Below, piece after piece: positions 9,884 to 19,079 of a stretch of 64,000 nucleotides of DNA. Every line of letters starts with the position of its first letter. Within the stretch, counting starts at the first letter, position 1. A program made the translations under genes and the position numbers. Origin of the DNA: Hyphomicrobiales bacterium (GTDB lineage Bacteria; Pseudomonadota; Alphaproteobacteria; Rhizobiales; Aestuariivirgaceae); contig JAXMCS010000004.1 of the NCBI GenBank assembly GCA_046349175.1, positions 43,017 through 107,016 of the forward strand. The letters run 5' to 3'. The notes under the pieces are model-generated. The model searched no databases. It saw only the letters and a program-made list of their open reading frames with translations, and was not told the origin of the DNA.

Positions 9884-10303
9884 ATGACTTCTGAAGCTCT
9901 TGAGGCCAACTACAAGCCCAGCGACGATGAGCCCTTCATGAACGAGCGGCAGGTCGTGTACTTCCGCAACAAGCTGCAGATGTGGAAGGAAGACATCATC
10001 AAGGAGAGCAAGGAGACGCTGTCGCACCTGCAGGATGAAAACCACGTGCTGCCGGACATCGCCGACCGCGCCTCCTCGGAAACCGACCGCTCCCTGGAAC
10101 TGCGCACCCGCGACCGCCAGCGCAAGCTCATCTCCAAGATTGATGCAGCACTGAAGCGCATCGACGACGGCACCTACGGCTATTGCGAGGAAACGGGCGA
10201 GCCCATTTCACTGCGCCGCCTCGACGCCCGCCCCATCGCCACATTGTCCATCGAAGCGCAGGAACGCCACGAGAAGCGCGAGCGCGTTTACCGCGACGAC
10301 TGA
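9884..10303 (+). CDS. dksA: RNA polymerase-binding protein DksA (single-Cys type)
   Basis: DIADRAS coiled-coil tip, RDRQRKLISKID, YGYCEETGEPI..RL.ARP. Confidence 0.96.
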   Translation: MTSEALEANYKPSDDEPFMNERQVVYFRNKLQMWKEDIIKESKETLSHLQDENHVLPDIADRASSETDRSLELRTRDRQRKLISKIDAALKRIDDGTYGYCEETGEPISLRRLDARPIATLSIEAQERHEKRERVYRDD

Positions 10304-11094
10304 ACCATCACCGAGCGGGCCTCGTCCAGCAAGGCCTCTGAGGTGGCACACAGCACATTGCCGCCAAGCGCCGGATTGTTGTCCGTCCAGCTGCCAACGG
10401 CCGCACCTGCGCCCCGCATGATCGGCACCAGGGCCGCGATGTCATAAATCTGCAGCACCGGGTCCATGGCAATGTCGAGACTGCCCGCCGCCAGAAGCGC
10501 GAAGGAATAGCAGTCGAGTCCGAAACGCGTGGTCTGCACCCGCTGCTGCAAGGCCGCAAAACCGGCACCATCCCGGTCCTTGTAAAGATGCGGGGCCGTT
10601 GTGCCCACCATGGCGGCGGCAAGCCCTGCCGTGGCCTTGACCCGAATCTGCCGTTCTTGGCCCGCATGGCGCTGGAAGCTGCCCGCCCCGGAGCCATAAT
10701 AAAGATCATCCACAAAGGGCTGATACATCACACCCAGAAGCGGCGTGTCACCATCATAGAGTGCAATCAGCGTGGCCCAGGTGGGCAGGCCGATCACAAA
10801 GGCCCGCGTGCCATCCACCGGATCGAGAATCCAGCGCAGGCCGGAGGTGCCCAGGGTGGTGCCAAACTCCTCGCCGAGGATGCCATGGCTGGGGTGATGC
10901 TTCTCGATCAGGTGGCGGATGGCCCGCTCGCCCGCCCGGTCGCCCTCGGTCACCGGGTCCCAGTGTTCGCCGGGCTTGATGTCAATCGGGGTGTTCTGGC
11001 GAAAATGCGGGAGGATGGCCCGGCCAGCCGCTTCGGCGAGCGTCAGGGCAAAGCGGGTGAGGTCCGCAAGGTTGGATGCAGGGGTGTGGGTCAT
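10288..11094 (-). CDS. Inositol monophosphatase family protein (HisN/SuhB-like)
   Basis: DPVTEGD, GEE, WILDPVDGT, YDIAALVP motifs. Confidence 0.88.
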   Translation of the reverse strand: MTHTPASNLADLTRFALTLAEAAGRAILPHFRQNTPIDIKPGEHWDPVTEGDRAGERAIRHLIEKHHPSHGILGEEFGTTLGTSGLRWILDPVDGTRAFVIGLPTWATLIALYDGDTPLLGVMYQPFVDDLYYGSGAGSFQRHAGQERQIRVKATAGLAAAMVGTTAPHLYKDRDGAGFAALQQRVQTTRFGLDCYSFALLAAGSLDIAMDPVLQIYDIAALVPIMRGAGAAVGSWTDNNPALGGNVLCATSEALLDEARSVMVQSSR

Positions 11095-11166
11095 GCAGCC
11101 TCAGATATCCTGAGTCTGTCGGGAAAACACCCGTTTTGGCCGCTTTTTGTGCTGCAATGCCGCATT

Positions 11167-11185
11167 TATGTTGCATTGCAACATA
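11167..11185. promoter_or_regulatory. Perfect 9-1-9 palindrome, candidate PhaR/AniA-type operator
   Basis: TATGTTGCA-T-TGCAACATA inside an AT-rich intergenic region with several further TGCA units. Confidence 0.55.
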
Positions 11186-11329
11186 GCGAGGTGGTCATGC
11201 AGAATTTGCATATCTAAAGATTATGCAATAAAAACAATGGAATAAATATGCAGAAGGGCGTTTTTGACGGAATTCCCTCAGAATGCAACGACCGTGCGTC
11301 TTGAAATACAAATGTTGCAGTGCCAATTA

Positions 11330-11428
11330 GGGTCCATCGAGACCGGAGCCATGCTCCCTCTCGCAGCCCTTTTGGGCGTTTCCTCCCTAGACTTGGGCCG
11401 ATCACCTTCGTGTATCGGCCCTTTTTTA
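11330..11428 (+). ncRNA. mmgR: MmgR / suhB (alpha-r8) family small RNA; 5' end approximate
   Basis: TTTCCTCCCT decamer at 11379-11388 followed by a GC hairpin and U-tract; located between IMPase and N-formylglutamate amidohydrolase genes as known for this family. Confidence 0.8.
11395..11428 (+). terminator. Rho-independent terminator of the sRNA
   Basis: GGGCCGAT...ATCGGCCC followed by TTTTTT. Confidence 0.85.
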
Positions 11429-11448
11429 TTGCGGAAGGGCCATCGGCC

Positions 11449-12336
11449 TTACTCTGCCGCAAGGGGCTGGGCGGGCTCTTCCATCATGCCGGTGAGGAGA
11501 GTGGCCAGCCGCTCGGCCAGCCGGTCCAGGACTTGCCGCAGCGCGTCAAAGCCCCGGGTTTTTTCCTGCCGCCGTTCATCCATATAAAGACTGCGGTTGA
11601 TTTCAATCTGCAAGGCATGACGCCCCAGCCGCGGTTGGCCGTTGTTCTCCGTGCTGAATCCGCCGGCATAGGGCCGGTTGCGCGCCACGCTGAGGCCTGC
11701 TTCCGTGAACAGGGCCTCCACCGCGGCCGTCATCTCCGGCAAGGCGGAACAGCCATGCCGGTCACCCAGCACCACATCCACATTGCGCAAGCGTCCGCCA
11801 TGGCTTTCGGCCACGGCACTCGCCGGCATGGAGTGGCAATCCACCAGCAGCACCACGCCAGTGGCCTGATGCGCCTCGTTGAGAAGGGCGGCCAGGGCCC
11901 GGTGGTAGGGCTTGTAGCTGTCTTCAATGCGCTGCAGCGCCACCGCCAATGGCATGCGGCCGCGGTAGATGTCCTGTCCCTCCGCCACGATGCGCGGCAG
12001 CGTGCCGAGACCACAGGCCACCCGCGGCGAAGCCGAATTGAAGTGCGGCGGCAGGTGTTCAATGAACATCCGCGGGTCGAGTTCAAAAGGTTCGCGATTG
12101 AGGTCGATATAACTGCGCGCCAGCAGGGCCCGCAGCAGCGGGGCCCCCGCCGCCACGCAGCCGCCAAAGAGCTCGTCCACAAATGTGTCTCGCGATTGCA
12201 GCAGGCTGTCCGCCGATAGCTTGGATTGCTCAAGGAAAGCCTGCGGCAGGCCATCGCCGCTGTGCGGCGAACTGAACACCATGGGCGCCGTCCACTGCGC
12301 CGGGGCGATGATTTCAAAGACACTGTCAGCGGGCAT
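11449..12336 (-). CDS. hutG: N-formylglutamate amidohydrolase
   Basis: SSPHSG, DTFVDEL, IDLNR, DCHSMP, PYAGG, HALQIEINRSLYMDE. Confidence 0.9.
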   Translation of the reverse strand: MPADSVFEIIAPAQWTAPMVFSSPHSGDGLPQAFLEQSKLSADSLLQSRDTFVDELFGGCVAAGAPLLRALLARSYIDLNREPFELDPRMFIEHLPPHFNSASPRVACGLGTLPRIVAEGQDIYRGRMPLAVALQRIEDSYKPYHRALAALLNEAHQATGVVLLVDCHSMPASAVAESHGGRLRNVDVVLGDRHGCSALPEMTAAVEALFTEAGLSVARNRPYAGGFSTENNGQPRLGRHALQIEINRSLYMDERRQEKTRGFDALRQVLDRLAERLATLLTGMMEEPAQPLAAE

Positions 12337-12573
12337 GGAAAGCCGGGTCAGCCCTGATTGATGGAACCCCCACTATGGAATGATGAAGGCGATTTGTCCA
12401 CGTTCCGCCACAGGTGCCAGATGGCCAGCCCGTGTAGGGGAGGGTTAACCGCGACGGGCGGGGCTTCACCGCCTGTTTACTCCCGCCCGGCTAAAACCCG
12501 GCCCGGTTGATTTTCGCGGCGGCTGGTGTCTAAGCTGCCGCAGCACATATGGGGCATCATGCAAGAAGGCAAA

Positions 12574-12933
12574 ATGGCACGCATCATCCTGGCAGAAGAC
12601 GATGATGACATGCGGCGCTTTCTCACCAGCGCCCTGGAGAAGGCTGGCCACAAGGTGACGTCCTTTGGCGAGGGCGCCAGCGCATTTGCCGAAATCAAGC
12701 AGGAAACCTTTGACCTGCTGCTGACCGACATCGTCATGCCGGAGATGGACGGGATTGAACTCGCCCGCCGTGCCGCCGAACTCGATCCCGCCCTCAAGAT
12801 CATGTTCATCACGGGCTTTGCCGCCGTGGCGCTGAACCCTGATTCCCAGGCCCCCAAGGAAGCCAAGGTGCTCTCCAAGCCCTTCCACCTGCGCGACCTC
12901 GTGAACGAGGTGAACCGCCTGATGGCGGCCTGA
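12574..12933 (+). CDS. cpdR: Single-domain response regulator CpdR
   Basis: MARIILAEDDDDMRRFL...LLTDIVMPEMDGIELARRA...FITGFAAVAL...LSKPFHLRDLV; hutG-cpdR-tRNA-Val neighbourhood. Confidence 0.93.
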   Translation: MARIILAEDDDDMRRFLTSALEKAGHKVTSFGEGASAFAEIKQETFDLLLTDIVMPEMDGIELARRAAELDPALKIMFITGFAAVALNPDSQAPKEAKVLSKPFHLRDLVNEVNRLMAA

Positions 12934-12998
12934 AAGAGCGGGAAGAGCCGGCTTTTTCCCGGGCTTGCGCAACGACTCAAAGAAGCTACGCCGCCCCC

Positions 12999-13027
12999 TT
13001 GCCAATGCCGGGAAGCCCCCCTATAGG
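12999..13027 (+). promoter_or_regulatory. sigma70-type promoter of tRNA-Val
   Basis: TTGCCA-N17-TATAGG about 20 nt upstream of the tRNA. Confidence 0.6.
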
Positions 13028-13048
13028 CTCGCTCACCGCAGTCAAAGT

Positions 13049-13123
13049 GGGTGGTTAGCTCAGCGGTAGAGCACTACCTTGACATGGTAGGGGTCACAGG
13101 TTCGATCCCTGTACCACCCACCA
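13049..13123 (+). tRNA. tRNA-Val(GAC)
   Basis: GGGTGGT/ACCACCC acceptor stem, D-arm AGCTCAGCGGTAGAGC, anticodon GAC at 13081-13083, GGTTCGATCC T-arm, encoded CCA. Confidence 0.97.
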
Positions 13124-13156
13124 TTCCCTCCCCTAAATCAATGTCGATGCGCTGCT

Positions 13157-13996
13157 CTATGGATGCGCGCGGCCTGCAAGCTCCTCGAGAATGCTCTTTG
13201 CCGTGCGCCGCGTGTCCGGAATGGTCGCCGACAGGATGCTGATGCGGTCAAAGGCAGCGGGCTCTGCGGCGAGCGTGCGCCGCAGCGCCGCCCCAAAGGT
13301 CATGCGCAGTTCGGTGCCGATGTTGAATTTCTTCACGCGGTGTTCGGATGCGAGCTGCCAGCGGATGACGGAGGGAATGCCGCTGCCCCCATGCAGCACA
13401 AGGGGAACCGTGGTGACACGTTCAATGGCGCGAAGCGCGGCAAAGTCGATCTCCGCCTGTTTTTCCGTTTGCAGGTGAAGATTGCCGATGGAAATCGCGA
13501 GCGCATCAAGGCCGGACTCATGCTCCAGCGCGGCGGCCTCCTCTGGAGAGGTAGAGGCAGATGAAGCGCCGCCGCTGTAGCCCACAATGCCCACTTCGCC
13601 TTCGACCGAAACGCCTGCCGCATGGGCCCGCGCCACAACCTCCGCCGTCAGCCTGATATTCTCGGCCAGCGGCAACTTTGAGCCATCAATCATCACAGAG
13701 CTGAAGCCGTGGTCGATGCCCTCCCGGCATTCCTCCAGCGTGTAGGCATGGTCGATGTGACAGACAACCGGCACCGAAGCGGCCTCCGCAAGGTGTCGGA
13801 ACATCTTGCCCAGAACCGGAACCGGGGTGTGCTTGCGGCACCCGGGCCCCGCCTGCAAAATGACCGGCAGCTGCGCCTCTTCGGCGGCTTCCACAAAGGC
13901 TCTCGCGTCTTCCCATCCGAGAACAACAAGACCCGCCACGGCGAATCTGCCCGTCACCGCGGGGGCCAGCACATCCGTGAGCGTGGCGACGGTCAT
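13157..13996 (-). CDS. Class II fructose-bisphosphate aldolase family (IolJ-like)
   Basis: HIDH, SVMIDGS, VEGEVG, IGNLH, LVLHGGSG, KFNIGTE; last gene of the iolC-iolB operon. Confidence 0.88.
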   Translation of the reverse strand: MTVATLTDVLAPAVTGRFAVAGLVVLGWEDARAFVEAAEEAQLPVILQAGPGCRKHTPVPVLGKMFRHLAEAASVPVVCHIDHAYTLEECREGIDHGFSSVMIDGSKLPLAENIRLTAEVVARAHAAGVSVEGEVGIVGYSGGASSASTSPEEAAALEHESGLDALAISIGNLHLQTEKQAEIDFAALRAIERVTTVPLVLHGGSGIPSVIRWQLASEHRVKKFNIGTELRMTFGAALRRTLAAEPAAFDRISILSATIPDTRRTAKSILEELAGRAHP

Positions 13997-14833
13997 TTGA
14001 ATTTCGCGATCATGTCCTTGATGCCGGGAATGGTCTCGACCTGATAGGCATGGGTGGGCTGGAAGAACTGCACCAGTGAGCGCTGGCTGAGGCCGCCGAG
14101 GATGGTGAAGTAATACATCTCATAGCCGGGAGCGGCGACACAGGGGTGATAGCCCTTCTCCAGCACCACCGTTGACCCATCCATCAGGTGATAGGCGTCT
14201 CCCACCTTGCCATCATCCCGCTGCACAAGCTGCAGCCCAAAGCCGTGGTTGGGCCGGAAGCGGAAGTTGTAGGTTTCATCGTGGCGGGTTTCGAGGGGCA
14301 GCCGGTCCGTGTCGTGCTTGTGCGGCGGAAAGCCGGACCAGCCGCCTTGCCCCACGGTGAACAGTTCCGACACCAGAAGGCGCCCGACTTTGCCATGGTA
14401 TTTTGTGCCGAGAATGTGCTTGATCTTGCGGTGCGTTTTGGTCTCGTCCGATCCATACTGGATATTGTCGATGTCGGCGGCGCGCACCGCAAAGGGCATG
14501 AGGTCGCCATCAAAGCGGGCACCGGCCACGAAAACTTCGGCCGCGGACGAGACGCAGACCATGCGCACCTTGGCGCCCGGTGGCGCATAGACGCCTTCGG
14601 GCTCGCCATCCCACACATCAACGCCACGGTTGCCGATGGCAGAAAAGCTTTCGCCGCCCACCTCGACGTCCACTGTGCCGGTTGCGGGCACCACAGCCGT
14701 CTCGTAGCCCGGCACCTGATAGTCGAACGCCTGGCCCGCCGTAGACGACGATGTTGAAATAGTTCAAGGGAGCCCGCGCATCATCCATGTCGATGATGGG
14801 GCAGTTCTTGTTGTCGTAGGGCGGAATATGCAT
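13993..14833 (-). pseudogene. iolB: 5-deoxy-glucuronate isomerase IolB, frameshifted near 14745 (real or sequencing error)
   Basis: MHIPPYDNKN..PLNYFNIV in one frame continues as TAGQAFDYQVPGYE...WSGFPPHKHD...GYHP in another. Confidence 0.85.
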
Positions 14834-14842
14834 GGCTGGTCC

Positions 14843-15802
14843 TCAGGCTTCGAAACGCTTCATGAAGTGCTGCACCTCCGCCGCATCGGGCATGGCCGGA
14901 GCGCAGCCCACGCGGGTGACGACGATGGCGGCGGTGGCCGCACCCCGGCGACTGGACTCCTGCAGGCTCGCACCTTGCGCGAGGCCCGAGATCAGGCCAC
15001 CCATGAATCCATCGCCAGCCCCCGTGGGCTTGAGCGCCGTCACGGAAAACACCGGGGTTTCAAAATGCTCGCGGCCTGTGAAGGTGATGCATCCCTTGGC
15101 GCCCATTTTGTAGACCACGGTGCGGCCTGCGGGCTTCGCAAGCTGCCGGGCCAGGGCGGGGCCGCTGCCTGCGCCAGCAAGCACCGCGAACTCATCGTCA
15201 TTGGCAACGATGATGTCGCACATCTCCGCGGCGGTCAGGCACACCTGCCGGGCTTCGTCTTGCGAGGCCCAGGAATAGGGGCGGTAGTCCACGTCGATGA
15301 TGCGTGTGAGGCCCGCCTGCCGGGCCAGCCGCAAGGCCGCAAGCGTGGCGGCGCGGGAGGGTTCCCTGGCGAGAGCTGTCCCCGTGACAATGACCGCGCC
15401 GAAAGACGCATAGTCAACGCGCTCGGCATCGGCAGTTGACAGATGAAAGTCGGCGGCGTCGTTGCGGTAGATCACGGACTGGCAGTTTTCAGCGCGCGTT
15501 TCCACCACCGCCAGCGAGTTCCGCGCTTCGCCGCCCACGGTGCGCACATGGCGGGTGTCAACGCCATAGCCTGCCAGGGCCCTGCGGGTGGCGCGGCCCA
15601 CGGCGTCTTCAGACACGGTTGTGAGCAGGGCGGTGTGGCCTCCCTGCCGGGCAATGGCGACGGCGATGTTGGCCGCAGAGCCACCGAGGGCCGCTGTGAA
15701 GCGCGTGGCATTTTCGATTTCGGTGCCGGGCGGATCGGCATAAAGGTCAAGGCCCGCGCGCCCCACGACCAGAAAGCGGTTGATCTTGAGGCGATCAAAC
15801 AT
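14843..15802 (-). CDS. iolC: 5-dehydro-2-deoxygluconokinase IolC (PfkB, short form)
   Basis: GRAGLDLY, LGGSAANIA, YRNDAAD, DVDYRPYSW, PTGAGDGF. Confidence 0.88.
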   Translation of the reverse strand: MFDRLKINRFLVVGRAGLDLYADPPGTEIENATRFTAALGGSAANIAVAIARQGGHTALLTTVSEDAVGRATRRALAGYGVDTRHVRTVGGEARNSLAVVETRAENCQSVIYRNDAADFHLSTADAERVDYASFGAVIVTGTALAREPSRAATLAALRLARQAGLTRIIDVDYRPYSWASQDEARQVCLTAAEMCDIIVANDDEFAVLAGAGSGPALARQLAKPAGRTVVYKMGAKGCITFTGREHFETPVFSVTALKPTGAGDGFMGGLISGLAQGASLQESSRRGAATAAIVVTRVGCAPAMPDAAEVQHFMKRFEA

Positions 15803-15852
15803 GAACCCGACCCTGTTGGACTTGACGGCGGAGAATAGGGTGTGTTTACTCC

Positions 15853-15872
15853 CGTTGCAAGCGCTTGCAACG
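15853..15872. promoter_or_regulatory. LacI-family operator between the divergent iol operons
   Basis: Perfect 20-bp palindrome CGTTGCAAGCGCTTGCAACG with central CG. Confidence 0.75.
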
Positions 15873-15886
15873 CGCGAGGGCATATC

Positions 15887-16987
15887 GTGGCGCAATTGGG
15901 CATTGGCATTGTTGGCGGCGGTTACATGGGCAAGGCCCATTCTGTGGCCATGGCGGCGGTTGCCGCCGTCTTCGACACGGCGCTGCGCCCTTCGCTTGAA
16001 GTGATTTGCACCACGACCGAGGCCGGAGCCCGCGACAAGGCCCGGCAGTTTGGCTACAAGCGGTCCACGGCGGATTGGCGTGTGCTGGTGGATGATCCTG
16101 ACGTTCAGGCGGTGGTGATCGCCAGCCCGCAGGAAACGCACCACGACATTGCGCTGGCTGCCTTTGCCAGGGGCAAGCATGTGCTGTGCGAAAAGCCGCT
16201 GGGCCTCGGTCTGGAGCAGAGCCGGGCCATGCTGGCGGCCGCCGAAGCCAGCGGCTGCATCCACATGGTCGGCTTCAACTACATCCGCACGCCGGCCTCG
16301 CAGCTTGCGCGACAGATGATTGCCCAAGGCGAAATTGGCGACATCACTTTCCTGCGCGCCGAGCACACGGAGGATTTCCTCGCCGATGCGGCGCTGCCGG
16401 GCGACTGGCGCACGCAAGGCCGCGCCAATGGCAACATGGGCGATCTCGCCCCCATCATCAATGCGGCGCTGGTGCTGGCAGGGCCCATCACATCATTGGT
16501 GGCCGATCTTGCGACGGTGCACAAAACCCGGGGCGGCGTGGCTGTCAGCAATGATGACCAAAGCGCCATCCTCTGCCGCTTTGCCAGCGGCGCCATGGGC
16601 CAGCTTTTTGTCAGCCGCATCGCCACAGGCCGCAAGATGGGTTACGCCTACGAAATCTACGGCACCAAGGGTTCCATCCGCTTTGACCAGGAAGACCAGA
16701 ATGCCCTCTGGCTTTACCGCGCTGAAGGGGCCGAGGCGCGGCGCGGCTTTGCCAAGATTCTCACTGGCCCCCTGCATCCGGACTACAAGCCTTTCTGCCT
16801 GGGGCCTGGCCATGGCACGGGCTATCAGGACCAGATCATCATCGAGGCGCGGGATTTTCTGGCCGCCATCCACGAGGGCAAGCCCCGCTGGCCCACATTC
16901 CGTGATGGCATGCTGGTGAATGAGGTGATCGAGGCAGGCTGGCGCTCCCATGAGGGGCGCTGCTGGATCGACATTGAAACACGATAA
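15887..16987 (+). CDS. Gfo/Idh/MocA oxidoreductase (inositol dehydrogenase-like)
   Basis: GGGYMG, HVLCEKP, GFNYIR; GTG start with GAGG RBS. Confidence 0.88.
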   Translation: MAQLGIGIVGGGYMGKAHSVAMAAVAAVFDTALRPSLEVICTTTEAGARDKARQFGYKRSTADWRVLVDDPDVQAVVIASPQETHHDIALAAFARGKHVLCEKPLGLGLEQSRAMLAAAEASGCIHMVGFNYIRTPASQLARQMIAQGEIGDITFLRAEHTEDFLADAALPGDWRTQGRANGNMGDLAPIINAALVLAGPITSLVADLATVHKTRGGVAVSNDDQSAILCRFASGAMGQLFVSRIATGRKMGYAYEIYGTKGSIRFDQEDQNALWLYRAEGAEARRGFAKILTGPLHPDYKPFCLGPGHGTGYQDQIIIEARDFLAAIHEGKPRWPTFRDGMLVNEVIEAGWRSHEGRCWIDIETR

Positions 16988-16996
16988 GGATCTGAC

Positions 16997-17887
16997 ATGA
17001 GCATCAGAATTGGAAACGCCCCCTGTTCCTGGGGTGTGGAGTTTGCCGATGACCCCCGCAATCCGCCCTGGCAAAGGGTGCTCGATGAATGCAAGGCGGC
17101 GGGCTATGACGGCATCGAGCTTGGTCCCATCGGCTTCATGCCGGAAGACCCTGCGGTGCTGGGCGAAGCGCTCGCAAGCCGCGGGCTTGAGCTGATCGGT
17201 GGTGTGGTGTTCCGGCCCTTCCATGATCCTGCGCAATGGGAGGCCGTGAAGGACGCGGCCATCCGCACCTGCAAGTCGCTGGTGGCCCATGGCGCACAGC
17301 ATCTGGTGCTGATCGATTCCATTTCGCCACGCCGCGCCCCGACAGCGGGCCGTCCGCAGGAGGCGGAGCAGATGTCGTCAGCGGAATGGGCAGGCTTTGT
17401 GAGCCGCTTCCGCGACATTGCCCGCATGGGAACGGAAGACTATGGCCTCACGGTTTCGCTTCACCCCCACGCCGCTGGCTTCATGGATTTCGAGGCCGAG
17501 GTTGAGCGCCTGCTCGGTGATGTTGATGCAAAGCTGTTGAAGCTCTGCTTGGACACAGGCCACACCCACTATGCCGGTTTTGACCCCGTGGCCTTCATGA
17601 GGAAGCACCGTGCGCGGCTGGCCTATGTGCATTTCAAGGACATTGACCCCGTGGTGAAGGCCAGGGTCGTGGCCAACCGCACGGATTTCTACAAGGCCTG
17701 CGGCGAGGGCATCTTCTGCAATCTCGGCAAAGGCATGACGGATTTTGCGGCGGTCCGGCAATTGCTGCGCGACACGGGCTATGAAGGCTGGTGCACCGTG
17801 GAACAGGATTGCGATCCCGCCGGACCGACGCGTCCTGTGGATGACGCGCGGGCCAATCGCCGCTATCTCAACACCATGCATTTTTGA
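16997..17887 (+). CDS. iolE: Myo-inosose-2 dehydratase-like TIM barrel (IolE/MocC)
   Basis: GNAPCSWGV, GIELGP, HPH, LDTGH, VHFKD, VEQD. Confidence 0.78.
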   Translation: MSIRIGNAPCSWGVEFADDPRNPPWQRVLDECKAAGYDGIELGPIGFMPEDPAVLGEALASRGLELIGGVVFRPFHDPAQWEAVKDAAIRTCKSLVAHGAQHLVLIDSISPRRAPTAGRPQEAEQMSSAEWAGFVSRFRDIARMGTEDYGLTVSLHPHAAGFMDFEAEVERLLGDVDAKLLKLCLDTGHTHYAGFDPVAFMRKHRARLAYVHFKDIDPVVKARVVANRTDFYKACGEGIFCNLGKGMTDFAAVRQLLRDTGYEGWCTVEQDCDPAGPTRPVDDARANRRYLNTMHF

Positions 17888-17918
17888 TTGACGAATTTCT
17901 GACTGACCGGAGTTTCAC

Positions 17919-19079
17919 ATGGCGCGTCTCAACTGGGGCATGATCGGCGGCGGCGAAGGCAGCCAGATCGGGCCCGTGCACCGCATCGCATCGGCTCTTG
18001 ATGGGCGTTTCAGTTTTGTGGCAGGGGCCCTGGATGCAGACCCTGCAAAGGGCCGGGATTATGCCCGCCGCCTCGGCATCGCCGATGACCGCGCCTATGG
18101 GGACTGGCGCGAAATGCTGGCGGGCGAGAAGGCCCGCAAGGACCGCCTCGACCTTGTGACGGTGGCCACCCCCAATTCCACCCACTACGAAATCACCAAG
18201 GCCTTTCTGGAAGCAGGCATTCACGTGCTGTGCGAAAAGCCCATGACGGTGACGGTAGAAGAGGCGGAGGATATCGCGGCCACGGCCAAGCGCACGGGTG
18301 CCATCTGTGCGGTCAACTATGGCTACACCGGCTATGCCCTTGTTCGCCACATGCGGGCCATGGTGGCGCGCGGTGACCTCGGCAAGATCCGCCTCATCGT
18401 GGTGGAGTTCTCCCATGGCTTCCACGCCGATGCGGCGGACGCCGACAACCCGCGCATGCGCTGGCGCTATGATCCGGCGCAGGCCGGCATCTCCGGCCAG
18501 TTTGCCGACTGTGGCATTCACGCCTTGCACATGGCGAGCTTCGTCTCAGGCCAAAACGTCCGCGAACTGCAGGCGGATTTCGTGTCGGCCATCAGCAGCC
18601 GCAAACTTGAAGATGACGCCATGGTCAATATGCGCATGGACGGCGGAACAACCGTGCGTCTGTGGACCAGCTCCGTTGCGGTGGGCAGCTTCCACGGTCT
18701 CAACATCCGCGTGTTTGGCGAGAAGGGCGGTCTGCGCTGGGCCCAGCAGTGGCCCGACCAGTTGCACTGGACGCCGCTCAATGGCCGGACCGAAACCATC
18801 GAGCGCGGCATGGGGGGCCTTTCCCCGGATGCCGAGCGTGCCACCCGCATCGCCACGGGCCATTCTGAAGGCATGCTGGTGGCCTTCGCCAATATCTATG
18901 CCGATCTGGCTGAGGTGATTTCTGCGAGCCGCGACGGCAGCAAGGTCAATCCCCATGCCATGCATTTCCCGACGGCGATTGACGGTCTGCGCTCCATCGC
19001 GGCCATCAAGTCCTGCGTTGTGTCAGCCGGGGCAGGGGGCGCCTGGACCGATGCCCGGCCACCGAGTCTGCGGGGCTAA
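17919..19079 (+). CDS. Gfo/Idh/MocA oxidoreductase
   Basis: GMIGGGEGSQIG, TPN, CEKP, WRYDP, DCGIH. Confidence 0.9.
   Translation: MARLNWGMIGGGEGSQIGPVHRIASALDGRFSFVAGALDADPAKGRDYARRLGIADDRAYGDWREMLAGEKARKDRLDLVTVATPNSTHYEITKAFLEAGIHVLCEKPMTVTVEEAEDIAATAKRTGAICAVNYGYTGYALVRHMRAMVARGDLGKIRLIVVEFSHGFHADAADADNPRMRWRYDPAQAGISGQFADCGIHALHMASFVSGQNVRELQADFVSAISSRKLEDDAMVNMRMDGGTTVRLWTSSVAVGSFHGLNIRVFGEKGGLRWAQQWPDQLHWTPLNGRTETIERGMGGLSPDAERATRIATGHSEGMLVAFANIYADLAEVISASRDGSKVNPHAMHFPTAIDGLRSIAAIKSCVVSAGAGGAWTDARPPSLRG

Noticed and set aside
11214-11587. Short ORFs across the IMPase-hutG intergenic region
   Set aside because: AT-rich with atypical codons and overlapping an sRNA and terminator; non-coding explanation preferred
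13049-13160. Active integrative element at tRNA-Val
   Set aside because: No integrase, transposase or att duplication noticed; not searched computationally
13051-13242. 63-aa ORF
   Set aside because: Overlaps tRNA-Val; spurious
14700-14770. Programmed frameshift in iolB (or in the MocD-like gene)
   Set aside because: No slippery heptamer or stimulatory structure; other indels in the window point to error or lesion
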